Shown here piece by piece: positions 9,717 to 23,110 of a stretch of 64,000 nt of DNA (positions are counted from its first letter, which is position 1; the number at the start of each line of letters is the position of its first letter). The stretch comes from Setoptus koraiensis. Lineage: Eukaryota; Animalia; Arthropoda. Where the stretch lies: positions 8,246,001 to 8,310,000 of the forward strand of contig CM106586.1 of assembly GCA_048013815.1 (NCBI GenBank), given 5' to 3'. Under the pieces are notes generated by a model. It did not search any database. It had not been told where the DNA came from and saw only the letters and a list, made by a program, of their open reading frames with translations. The translations under genes and the position numbers were made by a program.

Positions 9717-11078
9717 GAAATTGTTTTGGCAGAGACGCACAGTGTGCATTAGACACGGTGTTGTGTAGTATAGTATAATTAGGTCCGAATGACGTTTACT
9801 CTGATTGCGTCACCAACATCAGTTTGCAAATCTGGTTTCGATTGACAATGGGCCCACGAGAACAATGACACTGTACACATGATGCAATTGTTATATTCTC
9901 TCTCTGTCTACCCTGTCTTGTCCTGTTGTGTCCCCTTGTCTGGCAGTGATACGTTCTTACTGGGCACACAACAAGAGCGGCGCAAGAGAGGAAAAAGACA
10001 TTGTAGTGTGTGGGTCGTTATTTGTTTAAAGTGTATCAAGAGATAGATAGAGTGCACCATAGTTTCGAGAGTATGCCAGAGATACTACACGAGTTCACTG
10101 GTCTCGAGCCAGCTTCGCGCTCAACTCTGTATTTCACTATGCTGTTGCGTATATAAATAACATGATCACTACACTCACACACACTGGCATACATTGCAGC
10201 ACCAGCACCAGCAACAACAACAACAACAACTAAATGGAGGACGACGACGATATGCCAGCCAGCTAGCAACCAACTTGTTTATATTTAGTGAAGGGAAGGG
10301 GGAGAGGGAGAGAGAGAGAGCGAATATAAGATGAGATAGTGGCAAACGACAAAAGAAGAAAGAAGCGAAATCATGGAAGCGGAAGAAACGCATACAAGGC
10401 ATTCTTTTTGGCATTCTCTGGGCCTCTGCAAGGAGGAAAAGGAGCGAGTCTCTGTGTTCATATATATATCTCACTTGATTGTTAGAAGGAACGCGTTGCT
10501 AGAGAAGGCCACTGGCGCACCCTAGCGCCAGTGGCATAGGCAGCGAAATTTCGATTAATACAGCGCGCGCGTTACTTTTGCGCCAACTTTTGTGGAGTTG
10601 GCCTAAATCTAAGTTTTGTTTGGTTGTCGAGGACCATAAAGCCCGCTGTCTCTCTGCCATCCAACGAGCCATCCAGACAGTCATCCAGCAGTGGCAACAG
10701 CAACAGCACCAGCAACATCGAGCGAGCTGCCGAGATAGTATCCCCATTCCGGCATCGTATATTTTGTTGGTTCTGGTGAACTGCATCAATTGTAGCAACT
10801 TGTCCATCTTTTTTTGAGATTGGTGCCTCCTCTGACGGCTGTTCCATTATATAAATACATGTTCGCTTATTTATTTATTTTCTCATTGCAAATTTTGGAT
10901 TCATAAAATGAGTTTAAGCTCGCAACAGCGATCCAAGATGATCGCTGGTAATGTCCACTGTTACGATTGTATCGCATCGTCTCAACGTCATCGCGTCAGA
11001 CAGTGGTGGTAGTGGCATTAAAATAGAATCAATTTCAGAGCGTCTTTCTCGGCCGCTTTTCCCTTGCCTCTTGTGAGC

Positions 11079-11158
11079 CATACTCTTGTAGACCATACCC
11101 GTGGTATATGGTGCACCCTTGTGAACCATATACCACGGGCACGGCACACGAGAGTATG
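11079..11158. other. 80-nt hairpin with a perfect 15-bp upper stem
   Basis: cccgtggtatatggt (11098-11112) is the exact reverse complement of accatataccacggg (11125-11139). Outer stem catactcttgt/acgagagtatg is 11 bp with one G-U. Confidence 0.6.
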
Positions 11159-13329
11159 ATGCACCGCGATACGAGAGTATCATACGGCACGCAAAATCAT
11201 ATAGCACGGCGCTCACGATGCAGTGCCGGCGCCGATCTTATATAAACGGATACTGCTCTTGTTGTTTGATGGCGGCCGTTGCTTTTGGCGAGAGTACTTT
11301 GTAACTTCGTCTGTCTATAGGTGACACAAACAACTATCATCGCTTACATTATCCCCTGTTGTTGGGGCCGCTACAAAAGGGGCTACTTATATCGCACTAT
11401 GCGAGCGGCCTATATGTATGCCGTCGTGTTGCCGGTCGCGTACGTGTATAAAAGAAGTTGAATGGAGCCAACATTGATCAAACACACAAACACGGTGAGA
11501 GAGAGAAAGAAGCCGCTCTATAGGAAACAATTAAATTAAAAACTCATCAACCAGTTGACCAGTGAACCGTAATCAGGTTCTAGTATTTAAATTTGTATAG
11601 TTTTCATCATCTGCCAGTCGCTGGCGCTGCCATTGTGCCGCTCTCAAGGTGGCGACTAGTGCTGCCAGTAACAGCAACAAAGTACAAACTAGATCATCGA
11701 CTCTCTGTCAGACACATATGCTGTATATTATTTGAAATCGCCAATGGGACACAATGACACAAACACACTGTTGCAATACGAACCCGATTGATGCATTGCG
11801 AGCCAACAATTGTGGGCCAACAATCGCCATCGACACCTAGCGCAGAGCGAAAGATAAACATCTCGTGTTCACCTCAACCATGATGATTATAATCAGAGAT
11901 CGAGAACCAATGTGTGTAATATAAGAGAAAGAGGAAAGGGATTCACTTCCTATTTGGTGCTATTTCATTCGAGGCACCGATCGTTCACCGACATCGTTGC
12001 GGATCGACCTTTTCACGCCGGCCCGTTGTTTTTGCGCGGGCGTGGCGACATTGCCAGCCTGGGGACTGGGGGGTGGGGGGCAGACAACGAGGCAGCCAGT
12101 ACGACGACGACGGCGGCCAGCGATGATCTAATCCGCTTTGATGCTTTGACGCGTCCAATGTCGCACACTGGCTCGAGTGGGGACCCCCTATCTATCCACA
12201 ATCAGATGATTAGAGCCGGCGATGGATCGGCGCCGAGATAAGAACACGGGACACGTTTTCTTTGTACGACGACGACGACGACGACGACGACGATGATATA
12301 TTTATTCACGAGCCACTACGGCCGCAACTAGCCAGTGGTACGTAGCCAGCCAGCTATCGGGGCCACTGTTACGACTCAATGATAAGATATCCGTTGCTGC
12401 TTTTGTCAATTGAGGGCGTGCTCCGGGCGCATGGCCGGGATCCAGTGAGATGGAGCCAGTGAGATAAAGCAGCAGCATCAGATATGAGCCGGTTGTAGGC
12501 CCATGTAGAGGCCAGTAATAATAACAGCAATAAGTAGCAATAAGTAGCGCCAGTGGGAGTGTGTATCTTAATCGCAACCAGCAACCAACGACCAGCAACC
12601 AACGACCAGCAACCCACGACCAACGACCAGCAACCAGCGACACAATGGCGCACAATTGCAGACAAGACAAGAGAGATGGACAAAAATTTTGAGTGGCTAG
12701 GTGCCGCTGTTGTTACGTAATAGGGCCCCATGTAGCGATTGGCACAATTGAATGGAGGGGCCATTCGTGCAACAACAACAATAATGCAATGAAATAGGAC
12801 AACAACAATAAAATTATTATGGTTATGTCGCAAATAAAAGCTGCCCCAGAGCTGCCGCCCCCTCCACGCGGAGAGTCGCCCCTCTAGCCCGAGAGTCACC
12901 CCTCAGCCCAGAAGCAGCGCCAGAGAGGCGCAGCTAAAAAGAGGGCCCCCAGCAGAAATCACTGAATGCGAGCCAGCCACCACCACGAGAGAGAGAGAGA
13001 GAGAGAGAGAGCACGTGCTGACGATAGAGGCGCTTGCACGTGGCCCATGGCTGACTTTTCAAGCCGGCCGTATGGACGGATATTTGCAGCCAGGGAGCGA
13101 GATAAGATGAAGATGTTATTAGATAAGTTATTTGGACAATATCATCGTCATCGTTAAATTGCCACATGCACACTCGGCCGGCGCTCACGATATCGCCGCG
13201 ATGATATTGATATCAATTGGCCCCCCCCCTCGCCCCACCGCCCGTCTAGCGGCAATAACACGACAACTGCTAATAACAACAATTTCCCACTATGCGCACC
13301 ACAATATCCCCAATATGCCCGAGTGCTGG

Positions 13330-13385
13330 GGCCCAGTGCAGTTTAGCGGCCCAGTGCAGTTTAGCGGCCCAGTGTAGTTTAGCGG
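13330..13385. repeat. 18-bp minisatellite, about 3 copies (ggcccagtgcagtttagc)
   Basis: Seen directly; a degenerate fourth copy follows. Confidence 0.9.
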
Positions 13386-14157
13386 CAGAGTGGGCCAGTT
13401 TAGCGGCGGTGCACGGCGGGCCTCGGTCGCGGTGCATTAATTGGGGCCGTTGCGGGTGCGTTCGACGAAATCACAAAATGCGTCTGTCAAAGAGCGAGAA
13501 GAAACAAGAGAGACGGGGGCTATTTTTTGTCCATTGTAAACAGCGCGACACATGCGACACACGCCGGCGAAACACTCGACAAGTCGGACACGAGTCGACG
13601 AAGGAGTAAATTACAGTTTGTTGCGCCGGCCGAGTCTCTCCAGACGTCGCTGGCGCGAAATGGCCAGCAAAGCATGAAGGGGGCCCGCGCTGCTCGGAAT
13701 CGGGCCGATCTGCGCGAGCGGCTCCGTGGGCGCCGACATGTCGCCGGAGCCGGCAGCAAAAAAGTCACGCTTCTCTGTCTCGCTCGGCTCCGTTGGCCCG
13801 CCAGCCAGACAACACGTAATATTACGCGATATTACACAATATCACACAATATATACACGCGCTCGCATTATCGCGCCAACCGCGAACTGGGAGCCGCTCG
13901 AAGCGGGCGAAATTATTTTCTCGAAATGTCCAATCGTGGGCCCCCTGAGTGAGTCGCAATTTGTGCACTCGTCTGGCTGGCTGGCTGACTGGCTCTGTTT
14001 TGTGTGCAAACCACAGCCACGGCCATTGAATTGGTTCAATTTAAACTGTGCGACGCCGCTTGATTACGTCATGCGTGACCACGAGCCGCCACGGGCTAGT
14101 GTCAAGTGTAAGCGCGCGCCAAAATGATTTGCCTTCATTAGGTTTGACACGGTCCCC

Positions 14158-14219
14158 GCCCTCGCTCTCACTCTGCCCCTCGCTCTCACTCTGCCCCTCG
14201 CTCTCACTCTGCCCCTCGC
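14158..14219. repeat. 18-bp minisatellite, about 3.4 copies (ctcgctctcactctgccc)
   Basis: Seen directly. Confidence 0.9.
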
Positions 14220-14735
14220 GCCGCTGGCTCCCTTCCGACGGTCGCCCGGTCGCCGCTCGCTAGCAGTGGACCGCTGTCAATTGTGTGCCGCGCCGTGGGG
14301 CCCCACATTCGGCGCCGCTCGCCACCGGCAGCCGGACGATATTTGCCGCGCGCGAAATACAACGCGCGAAATTCATAAAGCGGCCACTCGCTGCAAATTA
14401 GCTGCACCCTGGGCCCGGCTAATTTGGGCATTTTGCAGTTGCACATTTGCAGTGCCACAAACGCGCAAATATGCAACGCTGCAACGAAATGTAAATGGGG
14501 CCCGCTCGCGATGGCGAGCCGGCCCCGCTGGCCGAAATCGCGCGACCGGCCGAACGAGTTCATATATGAATATGTGAACATGTGAGCATGCGAATAGAGT
14601 GTCCGCTGGCCGGCCAATTACGTGCTCGGTCGGCCAATCATATCGCGGCCGGCGGCCGGCCACTAACGAGCCCGAAACTCTCCGCTCAGAAATTGGTCAG
14701 TGGCCGAAATTGTGGCCGACAGTGGCCATGGATGA

Positions 14736-14779
14736 AAATTTCGAATTACGAAATTTCGAAATTTCGTAATTCGAAATTT
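14736..14779. repeat. Perfect 44-bp palindrome built from aaatttcg units
   Basis: 22-bp arms centred on 14757/14758, checked base by base. Confidence 0.9.
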
Positions 14780-17700
14780 CGAAATTTTACCGACACTGGC
14801 GGAAACAATGGTTGCGGCTGCCGGCGACACCAGTGTGCGAAAAGCGCACCCCTTTTGCGGGGGCCCACTTGATTGCGCAATCCCGCACACATAATTACGA
14901 CATGGCGCGCTGTGTCGCGCGCGCTGCACAATGTTGTAATATGCGCACTGTTGTAATTTGCAGGGGCCCCGACCGCTGCGCCTATTACACATTGGGGCCC
15001 CGACGGGCATCTGTTAGCTGGCGGTGGTGTGAGGCGACGATTGGCGAGCGCGAAATTTAATCTGATGAATTATTACGAACCAAATAACGAATTTCGAACA
15101 AACGAGTGGCCGGCAGCAGATGAGGGGCCGGCAGCAGACGAGGGGCCAGCGAACGCGGCCCAGCAAACGAGCGCCAACAAGCGAGCGCAAAAACAACAAC
15201 AACGGTGCGATTGATTGCGCCCCTAAACGGCCTAAATAGACTCAATGGGCCAAGCGCGGGGCCGTTGCCGGCAGCGGCCAGCGTCGGGTGGCCCAATGAA
15301 TTGTGAAATGAATGCGAGTGTGTAAATTGAGGGGGCACGACAAAACAAAGAGACAAGTTTCATGTCTCTCACTTCATTGGGTCTAACCATTGAATGCGCG
15401 TTTGTGTGCATTCGTGCTCCATTTCATGTGCACTTGCATGAATGCCTGCTCACTCGCTCGCCTGCTCATTGGCATTTGGTTGCCTGGCGACCATATCATG
15501 GGCATCGGCGCCCATCACGGTCACCACGGCCCGCTAATTCGAGCCAGCGCCAGAGGTGGGCCCTGGGCAGTGTGCGCTGTGAGCGGCCGCTGCCGGCCAG
15601 TGGCGGGCCCCAATTTGAGGCGCGCCGTTGAGAGCTGGTGTCGATTGAAATCATCACGCTAGGCTAACCGTTTTTTAACTGGTCGCTTGCGGGCCGGCTG
15701 ACTGGACGCCAAGTGAGCGAGCGAGCGGCCCGAAGGCCGCTCGTGGGCCGCCTGTGGGCCGCTTGTGGGCTCACAAGCGGCCCACAGGCGGCCAACGAGC
15801 GAACCAAGTGACCGGCAAACCGACACAACGGGCCGGCCGCCGGCAACCCGTGCACTGACACTGGCCAGTCTTGCGTGCCATCGATGTTGTTGTCGGCGTC
15901 GCGGTTGAGCGACGGCAACAACAACGCCGGCCATACTTAATTGAGTGCTCATATTTGCTCCATTGACCAATCGTCACCCTTTTATTTGCCTTTTGCCTCA
16001 TTGTTGGCGCTGTCGCCGCTGTTGGCGCTGTCGCCGCTGTTGGCGGTGTCGCCGCTGCCCGATGGGCCGACGGGCCGTCGACAGGGCGCCCCTTTTCAAC
16101 TTTCGAGCAACTTTCAACTAATTGGCGCCATTCCGTCGATTGCAAGATTGCGACAACGACACACATTGTAATATCTCAGCTCACATTGTGATATCTCAGC
16201 GGCTCGCCAAATGCGCACCGTCAACGCCAATCAATCGGCGCATCATGGGCGCCGACGCTCGCCCAATAATTGACTCGCCTCGTCCGACTCGAGCGCCAAC
16301 CAGCGGGCCCCAACCAGCGGGCGACGGCGCGGCCGAGGCAAGTGTAAACTTAAACCAATTAGGCCATTATTATCGGACAAAATCAGGGCCAAATTGGATC
16401 AGTGTGTGTCGGATCGAACGTCGATGCGGCCACGGATGGAGATTAGTTCGCAGCCGGGATTAGGCCGCGGATTGCGCGAATTGAATTAATGAATCAGGGC
16501 GCAATTGCTGTTGTTGTTGCTGTTATTGTTGCTGTTATTGTTGCTGATATTGTTGCTGTTGTTGTTGCTGTTGTTGTTGCTGTTGTTGTTGCTGCGACCG
16601 CAACGTATATTTCGAACGGAACTGCTGTTAGGGGGCTCTCCAGCGGCGACGACATAAAAACAAACAAGTGCGACAAGTGAAAACAACGTTACACTTCACA
16701 CTGCTTTGATTTGGGCAGCGCTTTGATAGCGGTACCCCGGGGGCACAGTTGTCACTTCGGGCCACTTGTCGGTGCCCACGAGGGGCCCAGTTTTGTTGGC
16801 TGTCAAACGCACGGTCGTTGTGTTGTTTGTATTGGCGTTGGCTGGCATTAGTGGCAGTGTGTAAATTGCAATTGTTTCATTTGTTTGTTTGCCGTGCGTA
16901 TGATACTGGCGGGGCCAGTTTGCGACAACAACAGCTCAAACAGCGACTCGCTGTATATGTTGAGATATGTGTTCAGACTGTATACAGCGGCAGTTAACAT
17001 TTGGGCCCCATTGGGCGACCCAGTAACAACAACAACACGGCACTATGATAAATAGCGCGATAGAGAGCGCTTGGTCTGATAGTATCACACTGATCAGACC
17101 AATTAGGCCCGAGCGTCGCCGCACCGACCGATCTGGAGCTCGGCGCACCCAACTCACACAATTGTCAGCTCAATCCCGTCCGATTCGAACCGAACCGATC
17201 CGATTCGTTCTGACCTGGCCAGAGATTACGCAACTGGCTCATAATACATGCTCACAAATTGTGAGCACTCACAATACAAACGGGCGCACACGGGGTGTCT
17301 TTGCAGCCGCTGGCTCGCCTATATATTCTGGGATATATTTAGCGGGGCCGGCGAGCGACATAGCGACACAGCCGAAGCGCCCAACGGATACGATAGTATC
17401 GTAACGATAGTAGTGGCGGCATATAGAGGCCTATATAGTAACAATGTGATTGCAGCGAGGGCATCGCACAGGGATCAGGGACGCGGGATCAGGCGCAATC
17501 AAATGCAGCCAGCAGATTATGAGCAGACCTCATATGAGGGGCCCCATAAGCGAGCCAGCAACATAAATAATAGCAGATATATTATGTTGTGTGTGTGTGT
17601 GTGTGCACAGCAAGTTGCAAGAGGTTAGATGGGGCCACTCATTAATCATTTCGAGTCTACTGTTGGCTTACTAACGGTACACACTCAGCGCTGTCTAAGG

Positions 17701-18508
17701 GCGGCTATGGCAGCAGCACCGTTGCAACACTGTTAGATAACTGCGCTCATCGGGCACCGTTATCTAACAGTTATATATTATATCTGCTACATATTATATG
17801 CTGCACGTCATACGCTATGCGCGAGGATATTGCATTTTGTGTGTATAAGCCCCACTAACGGGGCGAGCTGCAGTTAGCAAGCCAGTTGCAGCCATGGGGC
17901 CAGAGACATTTGAATATTGCTCTATATAACGATGGCGCTATCTTGTGCCGTTAACTCTTGACGTTTTAGCTCGAGTTTTGGCACGAGTTTCGGCGCGAGC
18001 TTCGGCGCGGGTTTAGGCGCGCGTTTAGGCACGAGTCAAGTGCACATGGCGTCTCGTGCCGAAATATCGCGTGGCAATAATGAAATGACTGTCCGATGGG
18101 GCCCAGCGTCGGGGCCAAGTATCGAGACAGCAGAGTATCATTATGGCAACAAAAAGTATCTCACTGCAACTATTCAATATGCTCTAGCGCTAGGCCGACC
18201 AAACTATGTCGGCATAGCTATATATGTGGCCGCCCGTTTGGGCCAGTGTGAGCGGCTGGCGTCGCTTAAACTGACTAATACCCATAATAAAATAACTAAT
18301 GATATGATCTACGATATAATAGCATAATGGTGCGCTTTGTTTTGGCCCGGCGCGGCCCATTCAATGCGCCACACGTCGCTACATCCGCCGTGCACTATCC
18401 GCCCCAGCGACTGGGCCCACTATAGCCCCAGCGACTAGGCCGACTAGCATAAGTATATCCTCACAATCACAACCGGCGGCTGGGGCTACAGCGACCACAT
18501 CTATGGCG

Positions 18509-18569
18509 GCTAGGCCGACTAGCCATGTCGGCTGGGCCGACTCTGGCTGTCGCGGCTAGTCGGCCTAGC
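18509..18569. repeat. 16-bp perfect inverted repeat with a 29-nt spacer
   Basis: gctaggccgactagcc (18509-18524) and ggctagtcggcctagc (18554-18569). Confidence 0.85.
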
Positions 18570-18760
18570 GCTGCGGATGCAGTCGCTGCGTTATTGAGCT
18601 GTCTAGTGCGGGCTCGCCGGGCCGGCCACCGTTGTTGTGCCGGCCGGTTGCTGTTCAAGTTTGGCACAGCAAAGATTCGCGAGCCCAAGTTGGACAACCG
18701 AATTGGATTGGCCAGTCGATTTGTATCATACAAATTGTATGGGAATTGCGGTGCTCTGGC

Positions 18761-18823
18761 AATACTGTGCGATATTGTGCGATACTGTGCGTTGCTGTGC
18801 GATATTGTGCGATATTGTGCGAT
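18761..18823. repeat. 10-bp tandem repeat, about 6 copies (gatattgtgc)
   Basis: Seen directly, with degenerate copies. Confidence 0.85.
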
Positions 18824-19803
18824 GCTTGCCCTGGTGCGACTTGCTCACATCATTGATACGGATAGGAGCGGCAAGAATGACGCAACCATGTGAGACTCAC
18901 CGGCGCTCACCAGCAGTCACGTGTGGCGGCGACCAGGTAAATGGTGCAAGTGAACGAGCTGTCGAACTGGTTTGTCGGCGTCTGTTGTCAGTGGGTCGGT
19001 TCATTCACAGATTCTCGGATTGTCAGATTCGCAGATTCGCAGACTCTCCGACTGGCAGATTCACACACGGACCGAATGGCGGATTCACACACGGACCGAA
19101 TGGCAGATTCGCATAGTCTGCGAATGGCACATTCACAGATTCACAGACTGACCGGGCGGCTATGAATACGAAATTAATCGCTGGCTGGCAGCATATTGTT
19201 CAGCTCGGGCCCTCAATTAGTTTATCCACCGACGTACCGACGTACCGACGTAGCGACGGGCGTACATGACGTATCGCGAGTTACTGTTTATTTTGTCATG
19301 CTGGCCGCCGTCATTAGATCGTCCGTCTCCGGTCGTTTGCTTGTCGCGGGTCGCGCTCGTTGGCGCTTGTCGGTGTGCGCCGCTGTCCGCCGCTTTGCGC
19401 CGACCCGAGGGCGACGGTCGCGCCGGACAGGCCAGCGACAACGGGCAAACTCGACAAAGTATCGATTGCTCGCTTGGCTGGGCACCAATACCCGGCCAGC
19501 GTTGGCGCACATGGTCGCCAGTGGCGCATCTGCCGCCAACTGCACGCCGGCTCTGCACCATCGACCGGGCCCAATCTGTGCCAATCGGCGGCGTTTTGGT
19601 CAGCGCTGGCACAGTGAGCCAGCGGTGGCACAAACGGGCGAGCTGGCGGCGCTGCCAATAAAGCATCGGTAAAACCATTCAGTGCCGCCACTGGGCCCAT
19701 CGAGGCCGGGCCGCGTTTGCGCTCGATTGAACAAACTTAAAACGTGCCACTCGCTATATCCATTTCTCGCCGCTTGCCGCTCTCCGTTGGCGTTGCTGGC
19801 TCT

Positions 19804-19878
19804 GGTTGCGCCGGTTGCGATAGTTGCGCCGGTTGCGATGGTTGCGCCGGTTGCGATGGTTGCGCCGGTTGCGATGGT
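19804..19878. repeat. 18-bp minisatellite, about 4 copies (ggttgcgccggttgcgat)
   Basis: Seen directly. Confidence 0.9.
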
Positions 19879-22800
19879 GTGCTGGTTGTGTGCGATATGT
19901 GCGTTGGGTTGCGCCACCAGCCAGTCCCAGTTCACGGAAATGGGCCAATTCGCGGCACCAAATCTCTGGCTCCAGTCGCCATATCGCCCCGCTGGTAGCC
20001 ATAATTTCCAAATATCCATTCCGAGTTGCCGGCGCTGCCAGTGTGTGTCGCAGCCGCGCGCAAAGCTCGCTGCCCGCTCTCTGCTTTGGCTCTTTCCGCG
20101 GGCGCCGCCAGCACGGGAGCCGCCGGCACGGGAGCCGCCAGCACGGGCACCGCCAGCACGGGCTCCGGTCAGAGCCGCCCAGCGCACACTGTATGCACAT
20201 TGTTGCCACGGGCCGCCTTTCGAGTGGCCGTTTGTCGGTACGCAAACGCAAAAACAACAACAACAACAACAAAATGCAACCCGCATCGAGGCCACACGTT
20301 TGACGCACGGGCCGCCCGGCGTGCCTATAAGCGCGCAACGCAGCGCAACACGGGGGCCCCAAACTGACGCACGGCGACCTATATATGCAATGGCTTTGTT
20401 TTTGTTGTTGCGACGCCAACTGCGCCACAACGCGACGCGGACGCATGATGACGCAATTGCTGCTGGCATAGCCAACTATGATAGTTGTTGTTTTAGTTGC
20501 AATTGTCAATCTGGCCGCTTGTCACTCGATGTGCCAACTAACACATCAGCTGTTCACTGTGTGACACTGGCGGCCGCTGGTCATAGTGACCGGCCGCTGG
20601 TCACAGTGACCGGCCGCTTGTCAAAGTGACCGGCCCAGTGTCACACTGGCCAGCTGATTGTCACACTGGCCAGCTGATTGTCAGGTCGAGCAACACAAGA
20701 CGCGCGGCACAGCCGCGCACAACGGCACAGGTTGAACAGGTGGGCGCGGCGGGTGTCAATGAAAGATTGGCAGTTCATTCGGTGGCCAATCATCCGTTGC
20801 TGTCTCTGTCGTTTCTGTCGTCGTTGCTGTTGTTGTTGTTGTCGTCGTTGTTGTTGTCGTTGTTGCTCGGCCCTCTTCTCACCTGCAATCGAGCGCACAG
20901 TGGGCCGGACGGGAGCCAAGTGAGCGGCAACAGCGCCCAAACAACAATCTTGCCGGCCGAATGGGCGTGCTGCCGAGTCGCCCGGCACGCACAGTGGGCG
21001 CCGGGCGACCGCGGGGCGACTACGTGTCACTAGTCAATGGTCATAGAGGCATTTAAGTGAATCGAAGCATGTCATATAGCGCCCGATTTAAGCGCCATAC
21101 CCACTTTGCAATGCTCAATTTCACAATTAACGCGCACAGTGCGCACAAATGCGCACATTGTGCACGAAGCATCCTCGCGAGTCAATGATGATCATATACT
21201 ATAGCTGCTCTATTATATAGCCCACTGGTAAAAGTCGCGCTCCTTTGCATTATTGGCAAATAATTTTTTCGCTTGTTGCCATACACGCTAAAGGAGCAGG
21301 ACTTTTGCTGTAACTGGTAGCATGGAGCGGGCCAGCGTTATGAGTGGCGCGACAAATCATGGGGCGCCGATTATGCGCCACTGACAACTCACTCTCAAGT
21401 GTCACAAATAAGCCAAGTGTGAGCATATATGGCATGTATGAGAGACAATATTCCAACTGACCAAACACGCGCTAATTAGCCTATCGCTAATTAGTCTCGA
21501 TGGGCTTATTAGTGCTTATTAGCGCTTATTTGTGGATGCTCGCCGGACGACCGCTCACCTCGACGCGGCCAGCGAGGGCCCGCGCATATCGTGTGCGTGT
21601 GTGTGTGTGTCTGTCGGGGGCGCATTCCGGATGCAGCTCTTTGGTTCCGCTCGAATGGGCTCAAATGAACGGCTACGCGAATCGTTTTGATTGAGCGTCG
21701 CACTTTGGCGCGGCCAGTTTGTTTCTGATCTGGTCAAACTGGCGAGCGTCGCACCAAAGGTTGGCCCGCCCGGGTTCACTGGCCACACAAACCGGCCGAC
21801 TGACACGGCCGCGCCGACAGACACGACCGTGCCGAGGCCCGGCCAGCCGCGGGACCCGCAGCGCCGATATAGGTCGCTTGCGTGCTGTGGCCGCCGGTGG
21901 GGCGCCGGTGGGGCGCCAGCAGCCACACGGCAGCCGCACAGCAGCCGCACAGCAGCGCCGAGAATGTGTCCCGGCGAGCAGATATGCTCGCCGGGATATG
22001 CGCTCCTACATATAGGCTGTACATATGGCCTGTCAGAGATAATCAATTATAGGCGCTGTCGTTGTCGCTATGTGTCTTACGTTCTATTAACTGTCTATCC
22101 GACGCTTATTATTACTTCCATGGGTGCCACTATCCCGCCGGATCATGCTGCCGGCCCCGGGTCCCGCTGGTCGCGGTGTCAGCAACGCCGCTAACGGGGG
22201 GCTCGGGTTAGCGGCGGGCTGGCGGCGGGCAAGTGCGCCGGCCGGCCGCCCGCCCAATCAGGCGCCCGTGAGCTGGGCGGCGGACGATGCTAATGTCAGC
22301 ATTAGCTGTAAGTCATCAAATACACGCTTCATTAAGTGATTGCACTTGCGCCCAACAGTGGCGCTGTTTGTTTCGGGAATTTGCGGCGTGCCGTGGCAAA
22401 CAAAATAACAGTTGCAAATTGTTGTTTGCGAGCGAGGGCGACGCCGACAACGACAGCAGCGACATCGCCAACAGCAACGACATCGCCAACAGCAACGACA
22501 TCGCCAACAACAATGACAGTGACAGCGGCTCGATTAGGTCGACGGGCCCGATATAACCGTTATATGATAAGGTTACATGGCGAAATGAAGCGTCACTGGC
22601 GCGCATATTAACATTGTCGGCCACCAACTCTGGCGGCCAATCTGTTAACTGAAGGTGACTCGCCGCGTCGCGTCTATACATTGTAATTACTCGACACCGT
22701 GCCAGTGTGTGTGTGTGTGTGTGTGTGCGCCCATTACGTCATACGTCTTACATTGCGCTGGTACGTGCTCGGTTGCCAGTGTCGCGCCCCGCTATTTCTG

Positions 22801-23065
22801 GCGCGAGGCGCTGTCTGTTTCCAGTTGGCGCAACTGCCGATAACATCTCCCGCGACGGGCGCGCATAGCGACCCTATCTGGCGCACAGCGACCCTGTGCG
22901 GCGCATAGCGACTGTATCTGGCGCTGGCACCTGATCAAATTCAAAGTGACACTATCTTTGCGAGGGATCTCGGGGGCAGCATCGATCCAATTTGCAGCGC
23001 CCGGTCCACGGGTGAGACGGGCCGGCGCGGCACGGTGCTGGCCGGCGCGCAGACAGCGCCAGATC

Positions 23066-23110
23066 GAGCCCGATGGAGCCCGATGGAGCCCGATGGAGCC
23101 CGATGGAGCC
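23066..23110. repeat. 10-bp tandem repeat, 4.5 copies (gagcccgatg)
   Basis: Seen directly. Confidence 0.9.

Noticed and set aside
10572-10847. 91-aa ATG-initiated minus-strand ORF with a hydrophobic patch
   Set aside because: No recognisable homology; the hydrophobic run is the antisense of a CAG/CAA repeat.
14736-14790. Heat-shock element reading of the palindrome
   Set aside because: It has GAAnnTTC dimers, but the next units are TTCGAA with no spacer, so there is no in-register nGAAn trimer.
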